The position numbers were made by a program, and so were the translations under genes. The notes below the pieces were generated by a model, which saw nothing but the letters and a program-made list of their open reading frames with translations, was not told the origin of the DNA and made no database searches. From assembly GCA_030537525.1 (NCBI GenBank), contig JAUNVU010000001.1:10142-74141 (forward strand): a stretch of 64,000 nt of DNA. The letters are read 5' to 3'. Positions 37,582 through 46,777 of this stretch are shown here, one piece after another. How positions within the stretch are numbered: position 1 is the stretch's first letter; each line of letters starts with the position of its first letter. This stretch comes from Eubacteriales bacterium (GTDB lineage: Bacteria; Bacillota; Clostridia; Saccharofermentanales; DTU023).

Positions 37582-38829
37582 ATGAAAATAATTCAAGCAA
37601 TTCTCTCACCCGCCAGGACTGGTTTCTACTTCGATGACCAGGCTGCAATTAAAGAAGGAGTGGAGAGCAATGGTTTCTTCTATGAGGGAGAGGTCAAGGG
37701 GCCTGGGTTTAGCAAGGTCAGACAGGCAGGTGAAGCAATATCAATTCAACTGATCTTAGAAGATGGCGAGATCGCCTATGGCGACTGTGCAGCAGTCCAA
37801 TATTCAGGTGCCGGAGGTAGAGATCCCCTCTTTTTGGCAGAAAATTTCATGCCGATCTTGCAAGAAGTTTTGGATACTGAAATTGTTGGCAAAGAACTTG
37901 GCTCTTTTAGAGAGACGGTCGAAAAAATTGAAAAGCATCAATATGATGGCAAACGCTTGCATACTGCCATCCGCTATGGTTTAAGCCAGGCTCTACTTGA
38001 TGCCGTGGCCAAAAGCCAGAAGAAGCTGCCTTGTGAGGTTGTCGCTGAAGAATATGGCCTAGAACTAAAGGCTGAGCCACTCGCGATTTTCTCTCAATCT
38101 GGGGATAATCGCTATGAGAATGCTGACAAGATGATCATCAAGGAAGTTGACGTACTGCCCCACGCCTTGATCAATAATCTCAAGACCAAGCTTGGTGAAA
38201 ATGGAGAACTCCTGAAAGATTATATAGTCTGGTTACGAGATAGAATTATGGCTCAGCGTGAGCATGATGACTATGAGCCTGTCATTCACATTGACGTCTA
38301 CGGCACTATCGGTCAGCTCTTTGGTCCAAGAGAAACCAAGAAGATGGCTGATTATTTGGAGACTCTTTCAGCAGCAGCCAAACCCTTTAAATTGAGAATT
38401 GAAGGGCCAATGGATGCAGGTTCTCGCGAAGCTCAAATTGAGTGTCTGGCTGCTCTGACTAAAGAAGTCGATGAGCGAGAATTAAAGGTGGAGCTAGTGG
38501 CGGATGAATGGTGTAATACACTAGCCGATGTAAGAGATTTCGTCGACGCCAAGGCCGGCCATATGATCCAAGTCAAGACCCCAGATCTTGGCGGCATCCA
38601 AAATAGTATTGAGGCAGTGCTTTACTGTCGTGAGAACGGTGTCGCCGCATACCAAGGAGGTACCTGCAACGAAACCGAGCGCTCAGCTCAGATTTGCGTC
38701 CAAATTGCAATGGCTACAAGACCACAGCAAATCCTTGCTAAACCTGGAATGGGTGTTGACGAGGGTTATATGATAGTCTTCAACGAAATGCAGAGAATTA
38801 TGGCGTATTTGAAGACTCGCCGTGCTTAA
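37582..38829 (+). CDS. mal: Methylaspartate ammonia-lyase
   Basis: Long identities with C. tetanomorphum MAL as I recall it: TGFYFDDQ, GDCAAVQYSGAGGRDPLF, RLHTAIRYG, VADEWCNT, KTPDLGG and KPGMGVDEG. Confidence 0.92.
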   Translation: MKIIQAILSPARTGFYFDDQAAIKEGVESNGFFYEGEVKGPGFSKVRQAGEAISIQLILEDGEIAYGDCAAVQYSGAGGRDPLFLAENFMPILQEVLDTEIVGKELGSFRETVEKIEKHQYDGKRLHTAIRYGLSQALLDAVAKSQKKLPCEVVAEEYGLELKAEPLAIFSQSGDNRYENADKMIIKEVDVLPHALINNLKTKLGENGELLKDYIVWLRDRIMAQREHDDYEPVIHIDVYGTIGQLFGPRETKKMADYLETLSAAAKPFKLRIEGPMDAGSREAQIECLAALTKEVDERELKVELVADEWCNTLADVRDFVDAKAGHMIQVKTPDLGGIQNSIEAVLYCRENGVAAYQGGTCNETERSAQICVQIAMATRPQQILAKPGMGVDEGYMIVFNEMQRIMAYLKTRRA

Positions 38830-40015
38830 CTCCTAGCATTAGGCCGAAGGCAATGCCAAAGGCTATTAAAGCGTAGATAAACAAGAGATTATAATCCCCG
38901 CTTAAATCGCGGATCCAACCAAACAAAATAGGGCTGGCGATGGATGCGGAGAAGGATGCGAAGTAGTAGAAACCTGTGAATTCGCCGATCTTCTCCGAAC
39001 CCGCCAGCTCTACTACCATGGGTAGAGAATTGATATTGACCATGGCCCAACCAATGCCGCCGACGAGGAGCAGGGCGAGGACAAGAGCAACACTTCTTAA
39101 GAAGAGAATGGGCAAGAAGCAGACAAGCAGAATTGTAAGTCCAGTTAGAATGGTGCGCTTACGACCGAGCTTGCCCGCCACCAGAGCAGCTGGAAAGGCG
39201 AAGGCCACAAATGAGAGGGAAAAAGCCGATAAAATCATGGTGGCAGTTCCTGCCTTGACGCCCAACACATTTACGGCGTAGAGGGTAAAGAAGGTTTCGA
39301 TCGCATTGTAGGCAGCAAACCAGAAGAAGATGGCACCAAGGATCAGGGCAAGGGATTGTAGCTCGGCCCTGCTGAGTCTCAGCTTGCTGCGTTTCTTCTT
39401 CTCCTTATTAGTCTCGAAATTCAAACTAAGCTTAGGCTCTCGGACGAACAACAATAGCATGATCAAAGAAAAGACCATAGTGGCTGAGCCCATGCCAAAG
39501 GAGATCTTATTAGTTGGATCGTGATTGGCTAGGCGGCCTCCGACAAAGAAGGCTATGATGGCGCCGATTCCACCCATTAGATTGATTAGGCCGTTGGCCT
39601 TCGAGCGGAGGGGTGGCGGCGTAAGGTCTGGCATCAAGGCGATGACAGGAGAGCGCCAGAGCGACATGAAGAAGTTGAAGCCGATGATGAAAAACATCAT
39701 CATTTTTAGTTCACTGGCAGTTGGAATTAAGCTGAAGAAAATTGCAGAGATCGGGAGAGCAAACAGTATCCACGGCATCCGCTTGCCTATTTTGGTATTA
39801 CTGCGGTCTGAGAGAGTACCGACTACAGGTTGGAAAATGACGCCAAAGATATTGTCAATTGTCATGATGATACCAATTTGACTAGTAGTGAGCAGAAAGC
39901 GACTCTCCAACATGGTGGGAACTAGGGCATTGTATAGACTCCAGGCTAAACTGGAGGCCAAGAAGCCAAAGCCTAAGAGCAAGGTGCGACCGTAATTTAA
40001 TTTACTGCTATTCAT
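38798..40015 (-). CDS. MFS transporter
   Basis: 12-TM protein with an MFS loop motif (LSDRSNTKIGKRMPW). I moved the start to ATG 40015 (MNSSKLNYG), which follows GGAG. Its 3' end overlaps the mal 3' end by 32 nt. Confidence 0.75.
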   Translation of the reverse strand: MNSSKLNYGRTLLLGFGFLASSLAWSLYNALVPTMLESRFLLTTSQIGIIMTIDNIFGVIFQPVVGTLSDRSNTKIGKRMPWILFALPISAIFFSLIPTASELKMMMFFIIGFNFFMSLWRSPVIALMPDLTPPPLRSKANGLINLMGGIGAIIAFFVGGRLANHDPTNKISFGMGSATMVFSLIMLLLFVREPKLSLNFETNKEKKKRSKLRLSRAELQSLALILGAIFFWFAAYNAIETFFTLYAVNVLGVKAGTATMILSAFSLSFVAFAFPAALVAGKLGRKRTILTGLTILLVCFLPILFLRSVALVLALLLVGGIGWAMVNINSLPMVVELAGSEKIGEFTGFYYFASFSASIASPILFGWIRDLSGDYNLLFIYALIAFGIAFGLMLGVKHGESSNTP

Positions 40016-40118
40016 ATCTATCTCCACTAAGTTACAGCTCTTAAATGAGATTATCATAGAGCTTATGGTAATATTCAGCATACACAAAAAAATAATCAAG
40101 TCTAGATAAGGGAGAGTT

Positions 40119-41111
40119 ATGGCTAAAATTAAAGAAGAAATCACAATCACTGGCGATCAACTTGCAGAGCTGATCAATACTCATCAATACCCCGATTACG
40201 CTGCTGCGTGCGAGGGCTTCTACGCGGAGCAGATGGATGAGCTTATTGCCGAACTCCTTTACAGAAGAGAAGTGCGCTTTGTGCTGATCTCTGGTCCAAC
40301 CAACTCAGGCAAGACAACTAGCACGTCTAGACTGATGATGAAGCTCAGCATGAGTGGCCGTGAGTGCAAGATGATCTCTCTTGACGACTACTATGTTGAA
40401 GGTGCCGTACGCTACGACAAGCATGGCAGACCAGATTATGAATCTGTCGATACCATCTCACTTAACATGCTTTCTGAAGATCTCAGGCTTTTGCAAGAAG
40501 GCAAGCCAGCTTGGATACCGCACTTTGATTTTAAGGAGCGCAAGCGCATCTTTCACCGTGAGCAGAAATTGGAATTAGAACCAGGTGAGATTGTTCTGGT
40601 TGAAGGGCTACATGCCTTGTCGCCGACAATTCGGGAGCAATTGAATCCTGAATCTTGTTATGGCGTGATGTTGATGCCAAATTCCAAACTGATCACGAGG
40701 TCGGGGATGATAGCTGCGAATACGACGCGTAAGCTTAGACGCATAAGCCGAGATCACGACCATCGCGATACAAGGGCATTGGAGACGATTGACTTCTGGC
40801 CGATGGTCGATAGTGCAGAGAAGGTCTTCATCCCACAGTACATGGAAATTGCAGATGTGCACATCAATACGGCATTGCCCTATGAGTACGCGTTGACGGG
40901 ACCACGGGTTCGCAGTTTAATCCAACAAGATCTTGAGGACTATGAACATGGTAAGTTGCGCAAGTCTCCAAATGTACGAGAGGAACTCTTCTATGCCAAT
41001 ATTGGACAGGCGGTAGAAGAAGCGAAGATGCTCGAGATCTTACTGGGCTCCATTCCCGAGGGAGATCCAAGAGTTATCCCTAACAATTCTGTTTTGCACG
41101 AATTTTTATAG
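40119..41111 (+). CDS. P-loop kinase of the uridine kinase/phosphoribulokinase family
   Basis: Walker A ISGPTNSGKTTS, then LDDYY and VEGLHAL as in Udk/PRK-type kinases. 330 aa. RBS is GGGAGAG. Confidence 0.6.
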   Translation: MAKIKEEITITGDQLAELINTHQYPDYAAACEGFYAEQMDELIAELLYRREVRFVLISGPTNSGKTTSTSRLMMKLSMSGRECKMISLDDYYVEGAVRYDKHGRPDYESVDTISLNMLSEDLRLLQEGKPAWIPHFDFKERKRIFHREQKLELEPGEIVLVEGLHALSPTIREQLNPESCYGVMLMPNSKLITRSGMIAANTTRKLRRISRDHDHRDTRALETIDFWPMVDSAEKVFIPQYMEIADVHINTALPYEYALTGPRVRSLIQQDLEDYEHGKLRKSPNVREELFYANIGQAVEEAKMLEILLGSIPEGDPRVIPNNSVLHEFL

Positions 41112-41231
41112 GTTTTTTGTCTATTGATACTAGGGTTACTGATATAAACTGCTTCAATCACTATTCTGAGTACAGATTCTGAAGTGGCCACCAAGCTTAT
41201 CGATTAGCCACTTCTCATACAGGAGGAAATT

Positions 41232-41549
41232 ATGATAGTCGATTTAAAGCTAGATACTTACGAATCCGAAGTTGTCCAAAGTGACATCCCCGTCTTGGTA
41301 GACTTTTGGGCACCATGGTGTGGCCCCTGCCAGATGTTAGGCCCAGTCGTCGAGAAATTGTCTGAAGACTATGCTGGTAAGTTGAAGGTCTGCAAGGTCA
41401 ATGTCGATGAAGAGATGAAATTGGCCCAGCAGTTTAGAGTTATGTCCATCCCCACCATCTATCTTTACAAGGATGGTGAAATCAAGGAGAAGATCATCGG
41501 TTCTAGAACTTACGAAGAGATGGTCGAAGCACTCCAGAAAATTCTATAA
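41232..41549 (+). CDS. trxA: Thioredoxin
   Basis: 105 aa with the active site WAPWCGPCQ. RBS is AGGAGG. Confidence 0.93.
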   Translation: MIVDLKLDTYESEVVQSDIPVLVDFWAPWCGPCQMLGPVVEKLSEDYAGKLKVCKVNVDEEMKLAQQFRVMSIPTIYLYKDGEIKEKIIGSRTYEEMVEALQKIL

Positions 41550-41564
41550 TCAGGAGATACTACG

Positions 41565-41592
41565 AAGACCCTCGGATCTCGAGGGTCTTTTT
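41565..41592 (+). terminator. Intrinsic terminator after trxA
   Basis: Stem AAGACCCTC (41565-41573) / GAGGGTCTT (41581-41589) running into TTTTT. Confidence 0.8.
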
Positions 41593-41603
41593 CTATCTAA
41601 ATT

Positions 41604-43142
41604 ATGTCAGCGAACAAAATAGTATTAACAGCAGCACAAGCTCGAGAGCTCGATCGAAGATATTGTGCAGAGACAGGACTGCCCTCCATTGTTCTCATGG
41701 AGAGGGCAGCTAACGCCTTGTTTAGAGAAGTGGAGAAACGCTATCCGCACTATAAATTAGTATTTCTCTTGGGTGGTGGTAATAATGCAGGCGATGGCTG
41801 GAACTTAGCCCTGATTGCCGGTGCTAAAGGCTATGATCTAGAGTTGCTGGACTTCACAGCAGAAAGAGAGCTGCCAAGTGATGCAGCGAAGATGCGAGAG
41901 GCTTGCCGTAGATCTGGATTCACAATCCATTCAGCAGATAGTGCAAAAGCTCGGCTGGCAGAGCTAGCTTCGTCACCTAGACAGAGCTTAATCATCGATG
42001 CTCTCTATGGCAGTGGTTTTAATTTAAGAAGGCGGAGTAAGCTTTTAGAGCAAGTAAAAACTCCTTTGGAAAAATTGCAATCAGGCGGGGCCAAAGTCCT
42101 CGCTGTAGACTGTCCAAGTGGCCTTGACTCAGAAAGTGGTGGGGCATCTGAGTTTACAATCAAGGCGGATATTACAGTGACCTTTGGAGCACTCAAATAC
42201 GCATTGGTCAGCAATGCAGGTAGGCGTTTTGCAGGAGATATAGTCGTAGATCCCATAGGGTTTTCGGCTCAATTGCTAGAGTCAGTCCATGCAGGGGATA
42301 GAGGATTAGAAATTTATTATGACACCGTCGACCAGTTACGAAGCTTCTTACCCACAGCAGCGGAAAATGCACACAAGGGCAGCTTTGCAAAAACTTGCAT
42401 TACAGCAGCTTCTAGCTCATACCCAGGAGCGGGACTCCTCGCGGCGAAAGCGGCCTTGATCGCAGGTGTTGCTTATCTGCATGTGAATGTAGAGTCTAAG
42501 CTGGCCATCGAGGTGTTAGCTAAAAATCCTGAGATTGTCGTCATGCCTGAGTTCAAAGAAGACTTCGCAGATTTAGCTCACTTGCCAGTACATTTAGTGG
42601 GACCTGGGCTTGGCAATCGACTCACGGAGTCGGAACTGGCCAAGTTTATTGAGGGAGCTTCGCAATTAGTCTTGGATGCAGATGCTCTCAATTTAATTGC
42701 CAAAAGTGATGGGCGTCTTTTGAAGCTACTAGAAAAACGTGATACACCAGCTATTTTGACCCCGCAACCTCGTGAATTTGGGAGGCTTTTTCCAAATTTA
42801 AAGATGACAGATCAAGTAGGCAGGGCAGTTGAGGCGGCGCGACAGAGCCACCAGATAATAGTTGCTAAAGATGCGAGAACGGTTGTGGCTTTGCCAAATG
42901 GACGAGCGTATTTTAATTCGAGTGGTAATCGGCTCTTGGCAAAAGCTGGTTCCGGAGATTGCCTTGCAGGCCTAATCACTGGTTTATTAGCAAGGGGCTT
43001 GGCGCCAGACAAGGCTGCTAGAATGGGTGTTCTCATTCATGGTAGGAGTGCAGATCTGGCTTATCGCGATCTGCAGACAGATTATGCGGACTTAAGTAGT
43101 TTCTTCTTTAGATACTTGCGAGAAGTACTTCGTTTGTCTTAG
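41604..43142 (+). CDS. nnr: Bifunctional NAD(P)H-hydrate epimerase / ADP-dependent dehydratase
   Basis: N-terminal YjeF_N domain (GGGNNAGDG) and a C-terminal carbohydrate-kinase-like domain (GPGLG, AKAGSGDCLAGLI). 512 aa. Confidence 0.85.
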   Translation: MSANKIVLTAAQARELDRRYCAETGLPSIVLMERAANALFREVEKRYPHYKLVFLLGGGNNAGDGWNLALIAGAKGYDLELLDFTAERELPSDAAKMREACRRSGFTIHSADSAKARLAELASSPRQSLIIDALYGSGFNLRRRSKLLEQVKTPLEKLQSGGAKVLAVDCPSGLDSESGGASEFTIKADITVTFGALKYALVSNAGRRFAGDIVVDPIGFSAQLLESVHAGDRGLEIYYDTVDQLRSFLPTAAENAHKGSFAKTCITAASSSYPGAGLLAAKAALIAGVAYLHVNVESKLAIEVLAKNPEIVVMPEFKEDFADLAHLPVHLVGPGLGNRLTESELAKFIEGASQLVLDADALNLIAKSDGRLLKLLEKRDTPAILTPQPREFGRLFPNLKMTDQVGRAVEAARQSHQIIVAKDARTVVALPNGRAYFNSSGNRLLAKAGSGDCLAGLITGLLARGLAPDKAARMGVLIHGRSADLAYRDLQTDYADLSSFFFRYLREVLRLS

Positions 43143-43189
43143 TCGTCTTTACAAGATAGTTGTGTCGTGCTAACTTATATTTAAATTAT

Positions 43190-43296
43190 ATTTTCCGGGG
43201 CAGGGTGAAATTCCCGACCGGCGGTACAGCCCGCGAAGCAAGAAGCTTGATCAGGTGAGATTCCTGAGCCGACAGTATAGTCTGGATGAGAGGAAT
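43190..43296 (+). promoter_or_regulatory. FMN riboswitch (RFN element)
   Basis: Conserved RFN core GGGGCAGGGTGAAATTCCCGACCGGCGGTA...CCCGCGA...CCGACAGTATAGTCTGGATGAGAGGAA, closed by a TTCC/GGAA P1-like helix. It lies upstream of a riboflavin-transporter gene. Confidence 0.88.
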
Positions 43297-43307
43297 AGTC
43301 TTCTTCC

Positions 43308-43331
43308 TGAGCCCCGTAGGCTCATTTTTTT
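43308..43331 (+). terminator. Riboswitch expression-platform terminator
   Basis: TGAGCC (43308-13) / GGCTCA (43319-24), followed by TTTTTTT. Confidence 0.75.
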
Positions 43332-43349
43332 GCCCGGAAGGAGGTATTT

Positions 43350-43979
43350 ATGAACAAGATCAATAGTACACAAGCTAAGTCTATGACCAATAGCAGAGCG
43401 AGAAATCTCTGGATAGCTAAGACTGGAATATTGACGGCGCTATCGGTCATTCTCATGTACTTGGAATTTCCTATCCCTTTGATGCCAGTATTCTTGAAAT
43501 TCGACTTTGCTGATATACCAGCCTTGCTTGCAAGTTTTAGTCTTGGACCAGGGAGTGGTGTTTTGGTGCAATTTCTCCGTAATTTATTACATCTTCCTGC
43601 TTCGCAAACTTTTTATACAGGTGAGTTGGCGAACTTCTTAGTAGGTGGCTCTTTGGTTCTGGTGGCTGGGCTCATCTACAGACGAAAGAAGACGAAGCGA
43701 CAAGCAATGTTGGCCCTGACCATGGGTGGATTAGTGATGACTGTTGTGGCTGTGGCTTTTAATTATTTCATCAATATCCCCTTTTATATCAAAGTTATGA
43801 ATCTACCTCTAGAAGGTATTATCGGAATGGTGCAGGCAGCAGGGAATGGCCTGGTCCATGATCTCTTTACGCTACTACTTTTTGTCTTCGTACCATTTAA
43901 CATCTTCAAGGCTCTGGTAGTCTCGATCGTCATGCTGCTGATCTATAAAAAGCTCAGTCCTTTACTTCATAAAATCTAG
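43350..43979 (+). CDS. ribU: ECF-type riboflavin transporter S component
   Basis: 209 aa with 5-6 TM segments (LKFDFADIPALLASFSLGPG). It is controlled by the FMN riboswitch. RBS is GGAAGGAGG. Confidence 0.8.
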   Translation: MNKINSTQAKSMTNSRARNLWIAKTGILTALSVILMYLEFPIPLMPVFLKFDFADIPALLASFSLGPGSGVLVQFLRNLLHLPASQTFYTGELANFLVGGSLVLVAGLIYRRKKTKRQAMLALTMGGLVMTVVAVAFNYFINIPFYIKVMNLPLEGIIGMVQAAGNGLVHDLFTLLLFVFVPFNIFKALVVSIVMLLIYKKLSPLLHKI

Positions 43980-43984
43980 AAACT

Positions 43985-44021
43985 TTGGTGATCACGGACA
44001 CTGTGATCACCAAGTTTTTTT
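43985..44021 (+). terminator. Intrinsic terminator after ribU
   Basis: 11-bp stem TTGGTGATCAC / GTGATCACCAA, followed by TTTTTTT. Confidence 0.85.
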
Positions 44022-44075
44022 GCAAGCGCATTCTCATGTATAATTGACCCAGAGTTTAAGAGGGAGGAGAAGCGC

Positions 44076-45404
44076 TTGCCTCAGTTTTTATTTATTTCAC
44101 ATCTGACCCAGTTTTTCTCTGAGGTGTTCAGAGAGTTGGTGGATGGTCTAATCTTTATTGGCGGTCCACTAGATATTTTTATTGCGCTTTTAGACATTTC
44201 TCTCAGCACTTTCATCTTCTACAAGTTGCTAAAGTTGCTTAGAGATTCTAGAGCTTGGCAATTGTTAAAGGGTATTTTACTAATAGTCTTCGTCGCTATT
44301 TCAGCCTCTTTTCTCGGCTTATCATCCTTGGGCTATATGCTCAACAGAACTATATCTGTATTTGCCATTGCCATTGTAGTAATCTTCCAACCAGAACTGA
44401 GGCGTACTTTGGAAACTGTCGGTCGTTCAGGCTTCAACGTGATTGCACAAGTTACAGAAGGTGCTGAACACCGGGACAGCCAGAGCTATCAACTGATTGA
44501 AAGCATAGTCAAGGCCTGCGAAGAAATGTCTGAGACGAGGACTGGTGCTCTCATTGTTATTGAGCGCTCAACTCCTCTCGGGGATCTCAAGAGTCAAGAA
44601 AATGCCGTTACTCTTGATGCCGTCTTATCGACAACTGCGCTTAAGCAGATCTTCTATTTGGGCTCACCACTCCATGATGGAGCTGTAGTAATTAGAGATG
44701 GGAAAATTGCTGCGGCGAGGGTCCATATACCACTTTCGGACAATTATCACTTAAGGCGCGACCTGGGTACCCGTCACAGAGCTGCCATTGGTGCCTCAGA
44801 AATGGGTGATACTGTAGCAGTTGTCTGCTCTGAAGAAACGGGTAAGATCAGCATTGCCGTTGATGGCAGATTATATGTCTTAGACAATTCGGACGCTCTG
44901 CGTACCCAATTACATAGATTGCTGGTGCCAACGAAGGATGAAGGTCAACGCTTCCACCTTTTCCGCCGCGACCGCATTTATGGTCCGACGGTTTCTGAGA
45001 AGCAAACTCGTAGAGTTCGTTTTGGCCTCTTGTTTACTTCAATACTGCTATCTCTTTTTATGTGGTTTTTCGTTCAAGTACAGGTCAATCCCTTGGAGAG
45101 CAAGACCTTCCAAGTTCCTCTGCAATTTGAAGCAATTGAAGAGATGCGAGAGAAGGGCTTTGAAATTCAGTATCCCATGCGAAATGTGCAGGTAACTCTA
45201 AGGGCGAGAAAGAGCGTATTGGCGAAGTTACGAGTTCAAGATATCAGGGCATATATTGACCTAGCAGAGATCGATGATCTTGGCTTGGAGCAATTACCAG
45301 TGCATATTAAAACTTCAAATAGACTGTACTCTAAGGTTGAAAATTTAAGTCCTGGACAGTTGACGGTCAGTATTAGACCAGCGGATAGTGGCCAGAACAA
45401 GTAG
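44076..45404 (+). CDS. cdaA: Diadenylate cyclase CdaA fused to a TM segment and a YbbR (CdaR-like) domain
   Basis: N-terminal 3 TM segments plus a DAC domain (TGALIVIER, PLHDGAVVI, GTRHRAAIG, VCSEETGKIS) to about residue 280. This is followed by a TM helix (FGLLFTSILLSLFMWFFV) and a YbbR-like repeat (FQVPLQF...VQVTLRA...IRAYIDL...LPVHIK). TTG start follows GGAGGAG. Confidence 0.8.
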   Translation: MPQFLFISHLTQFFSEVFRELVDGLIFIGGPLDIFIALLDISLSTFIFYKLLKLLRDSRAWQLLKGILLIVFVAISASFLGLSSLGYMLNRTISVFAIAIVVIFQPELRRTLETVGRSGFNVIAQVTEGAEHRDSQSYQLIESIVKACEEMSETRTGALIVIERSTPLGDLKSQENAVTLDAVLSTTALKQIFYLGSPLHDGAVVIRDGKIAAARVHIPLSDNYHLRRDLGTRHRAAIGASEMGDTVAVVCSEETGKISIAVDGRLYVLDNSDALRTQLHRLLVPTKDEGQRFHLFRRDRIYGPTVSEKQTRRVRFGLLFTSILLSLFMWFFVQVQVNPLESKTFQVPLQFEAIEEMREKGFEIQYPMRNVQVTLRARKSVLAKLRVQDIRAYIDLAEIDDLGLEQLPVHIKTSNRLYSKVENLSPGQLTVSIRPADSGQNK

Positions 45405-45425
45405 CAAGTAGGTTTAGGAGCTAGC

Positions 45426-46772
45426 ATGAAATTATTTGGAACTGATGGTGTACGCGGAATAGCCAATGAAGAATTGACTGCCGATTTAGCTTTTAAGATT
45501 GGCTATGCAACTGCTATCGTCATTCGTAAGGAGATCGCGAAGAATTCCAAGGTCATCATAGGCCGTGATACTAGAATCTCAGGTACTATGCTAGAGGCCG
45601 CCTTAATCGCAGGCCTCTGTGCAGCTGGGGCCAATGTCTATACTGTCGGCGTGATGCCGACCCCAGCAATTGCTTATTTGACCAGAATATACAAGGCAGA
45701 TGCTGGCATTATAATCTCAGCATCACACAATCCCTTTGAGTTCAATGGAATCAAGATATTTTCGCATCGTGGTTATAAATTACATGATGATTTAGAAGCT
45801 GAAATTGAAGAGCTGGTCGAAAATTATGACAGTTTGCGCCACACCTCATCTACCAATGTCGGCAAGCATGAGCATCAAGCAGATGCTGAGGAAGACTATC
45901 TTAGACATTTAGAAGAGGATCTGAGCCTCGACCTCAGAGGTTATAAGATTGCACTTGACTGCGCTAATGGAGCTAACTATAGAGTGGCCCCAGAGTTTTT
46001 TAAACGCTGTGGCGCAGAGCTGGTAAGTATTGGGGTGGAGCCTAATGGCTTCAACATCAATGATAATTGTGGCTCGACAGCTCCTGAGGATTTGCAGAAG
46101 CTTACTAAGCTAGCTAAATGTGATATTGGTCTGGCCTTCGACGGTGACGCAGATCGCTTGCTGGCCTGCACGTCAGAAGGTGAGCTAGTGGATGGTGATG
46201 GTATCATGATGATCCTGGCGCGTTATCTAAAGAACAGAAATCGTCTACTCAACAATGGTTTAGTTGCGACCGTCATGTCTAACTTCGGTTTGGATGAGTT
46301 CCTGGAGAAGGCCGATATCAAGCTCGAGAAAACAGATGTAGGTGATCGCCAGGTGCTAGAACGCATGCTGGCAGATGGCTATGTTCTAGGCGGAGAGCAA
46401 AGCGGTCACATTATCTTATTAGAGCATACGACTACAGGTGATGGCCTATTATCAGCAATTTACTTGATCAAAGCGCTGCAAGAAGCAGGGCAGAGCCTCG
46501 CCGAGGCCGTAAAGAGCTGGACTATTTACCCGCAGATTCTGATCAATGTTCGCGTGCCAAATGAGCAGAAGCCAAAAGTCATGCAGGATCAAGATTTGAT
46601 TGAGCAAATAGCTGAATTTACGGATCAATTAGCTGGTCGAGGTCGCATACTCGTGCGCCCCTCGGGCACGGAACCGAAGCTTCGAATAATGTTAGAAGGT
46701 AAAGACGAAGGAGAAATAGCCAGGATGGGTGAGTTTTTAGCTAATCTAATCTCAGCCAGGTATGGCATCTAA
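45426..46772 (+). CDS. glmM: Phosphoglucosamine mutase
   Basis: MKLFGTDGVRG, active-site SASHNP, FDGDADR and GGEQSGH are present. It lies downstream of cdaA, as in Firmicutes. Confidence 0.93.
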   Translation: MKLFGTDGVRGIANEELTADLAFKIGYATAIVIRKEIAKNSKVIIGRDTRISGTMLEAALIAGLCAAGANVYTVGVMPTPAIAYLTRIYKADAGIIISASHNPFEFNGIKIFSHRGYKLHDDLEAEIEELVENYDSLRHTSSTNVGKHEHQADAEEDYLRHLEEDLSLDLRGYKIALDCANGANYRVAPEFFKRCGAELVSIGVEPNGFNINDNCGSTAPEDLQKLTKLAKCDIGLAFDGDADRLLACTSEGELVDGDGIMMILARYLKNRNRLLNNGLVATVMSNFGLDEFLEKADIKLEKTDVGDRQVLERMLADGYVLGGEQSGHIILLEHTTTGDGLLSAIYLIKALQEAGQSLAEAVKSWTIYPQILINVRVPNEQKPKVMQDQDLIEQIAEFTDQLAGRGRILVRPSGTEPKLRIMLEGKDEGEIARMGEFLANLISARYGI

Positions 46773-46777
46773 TTGTA

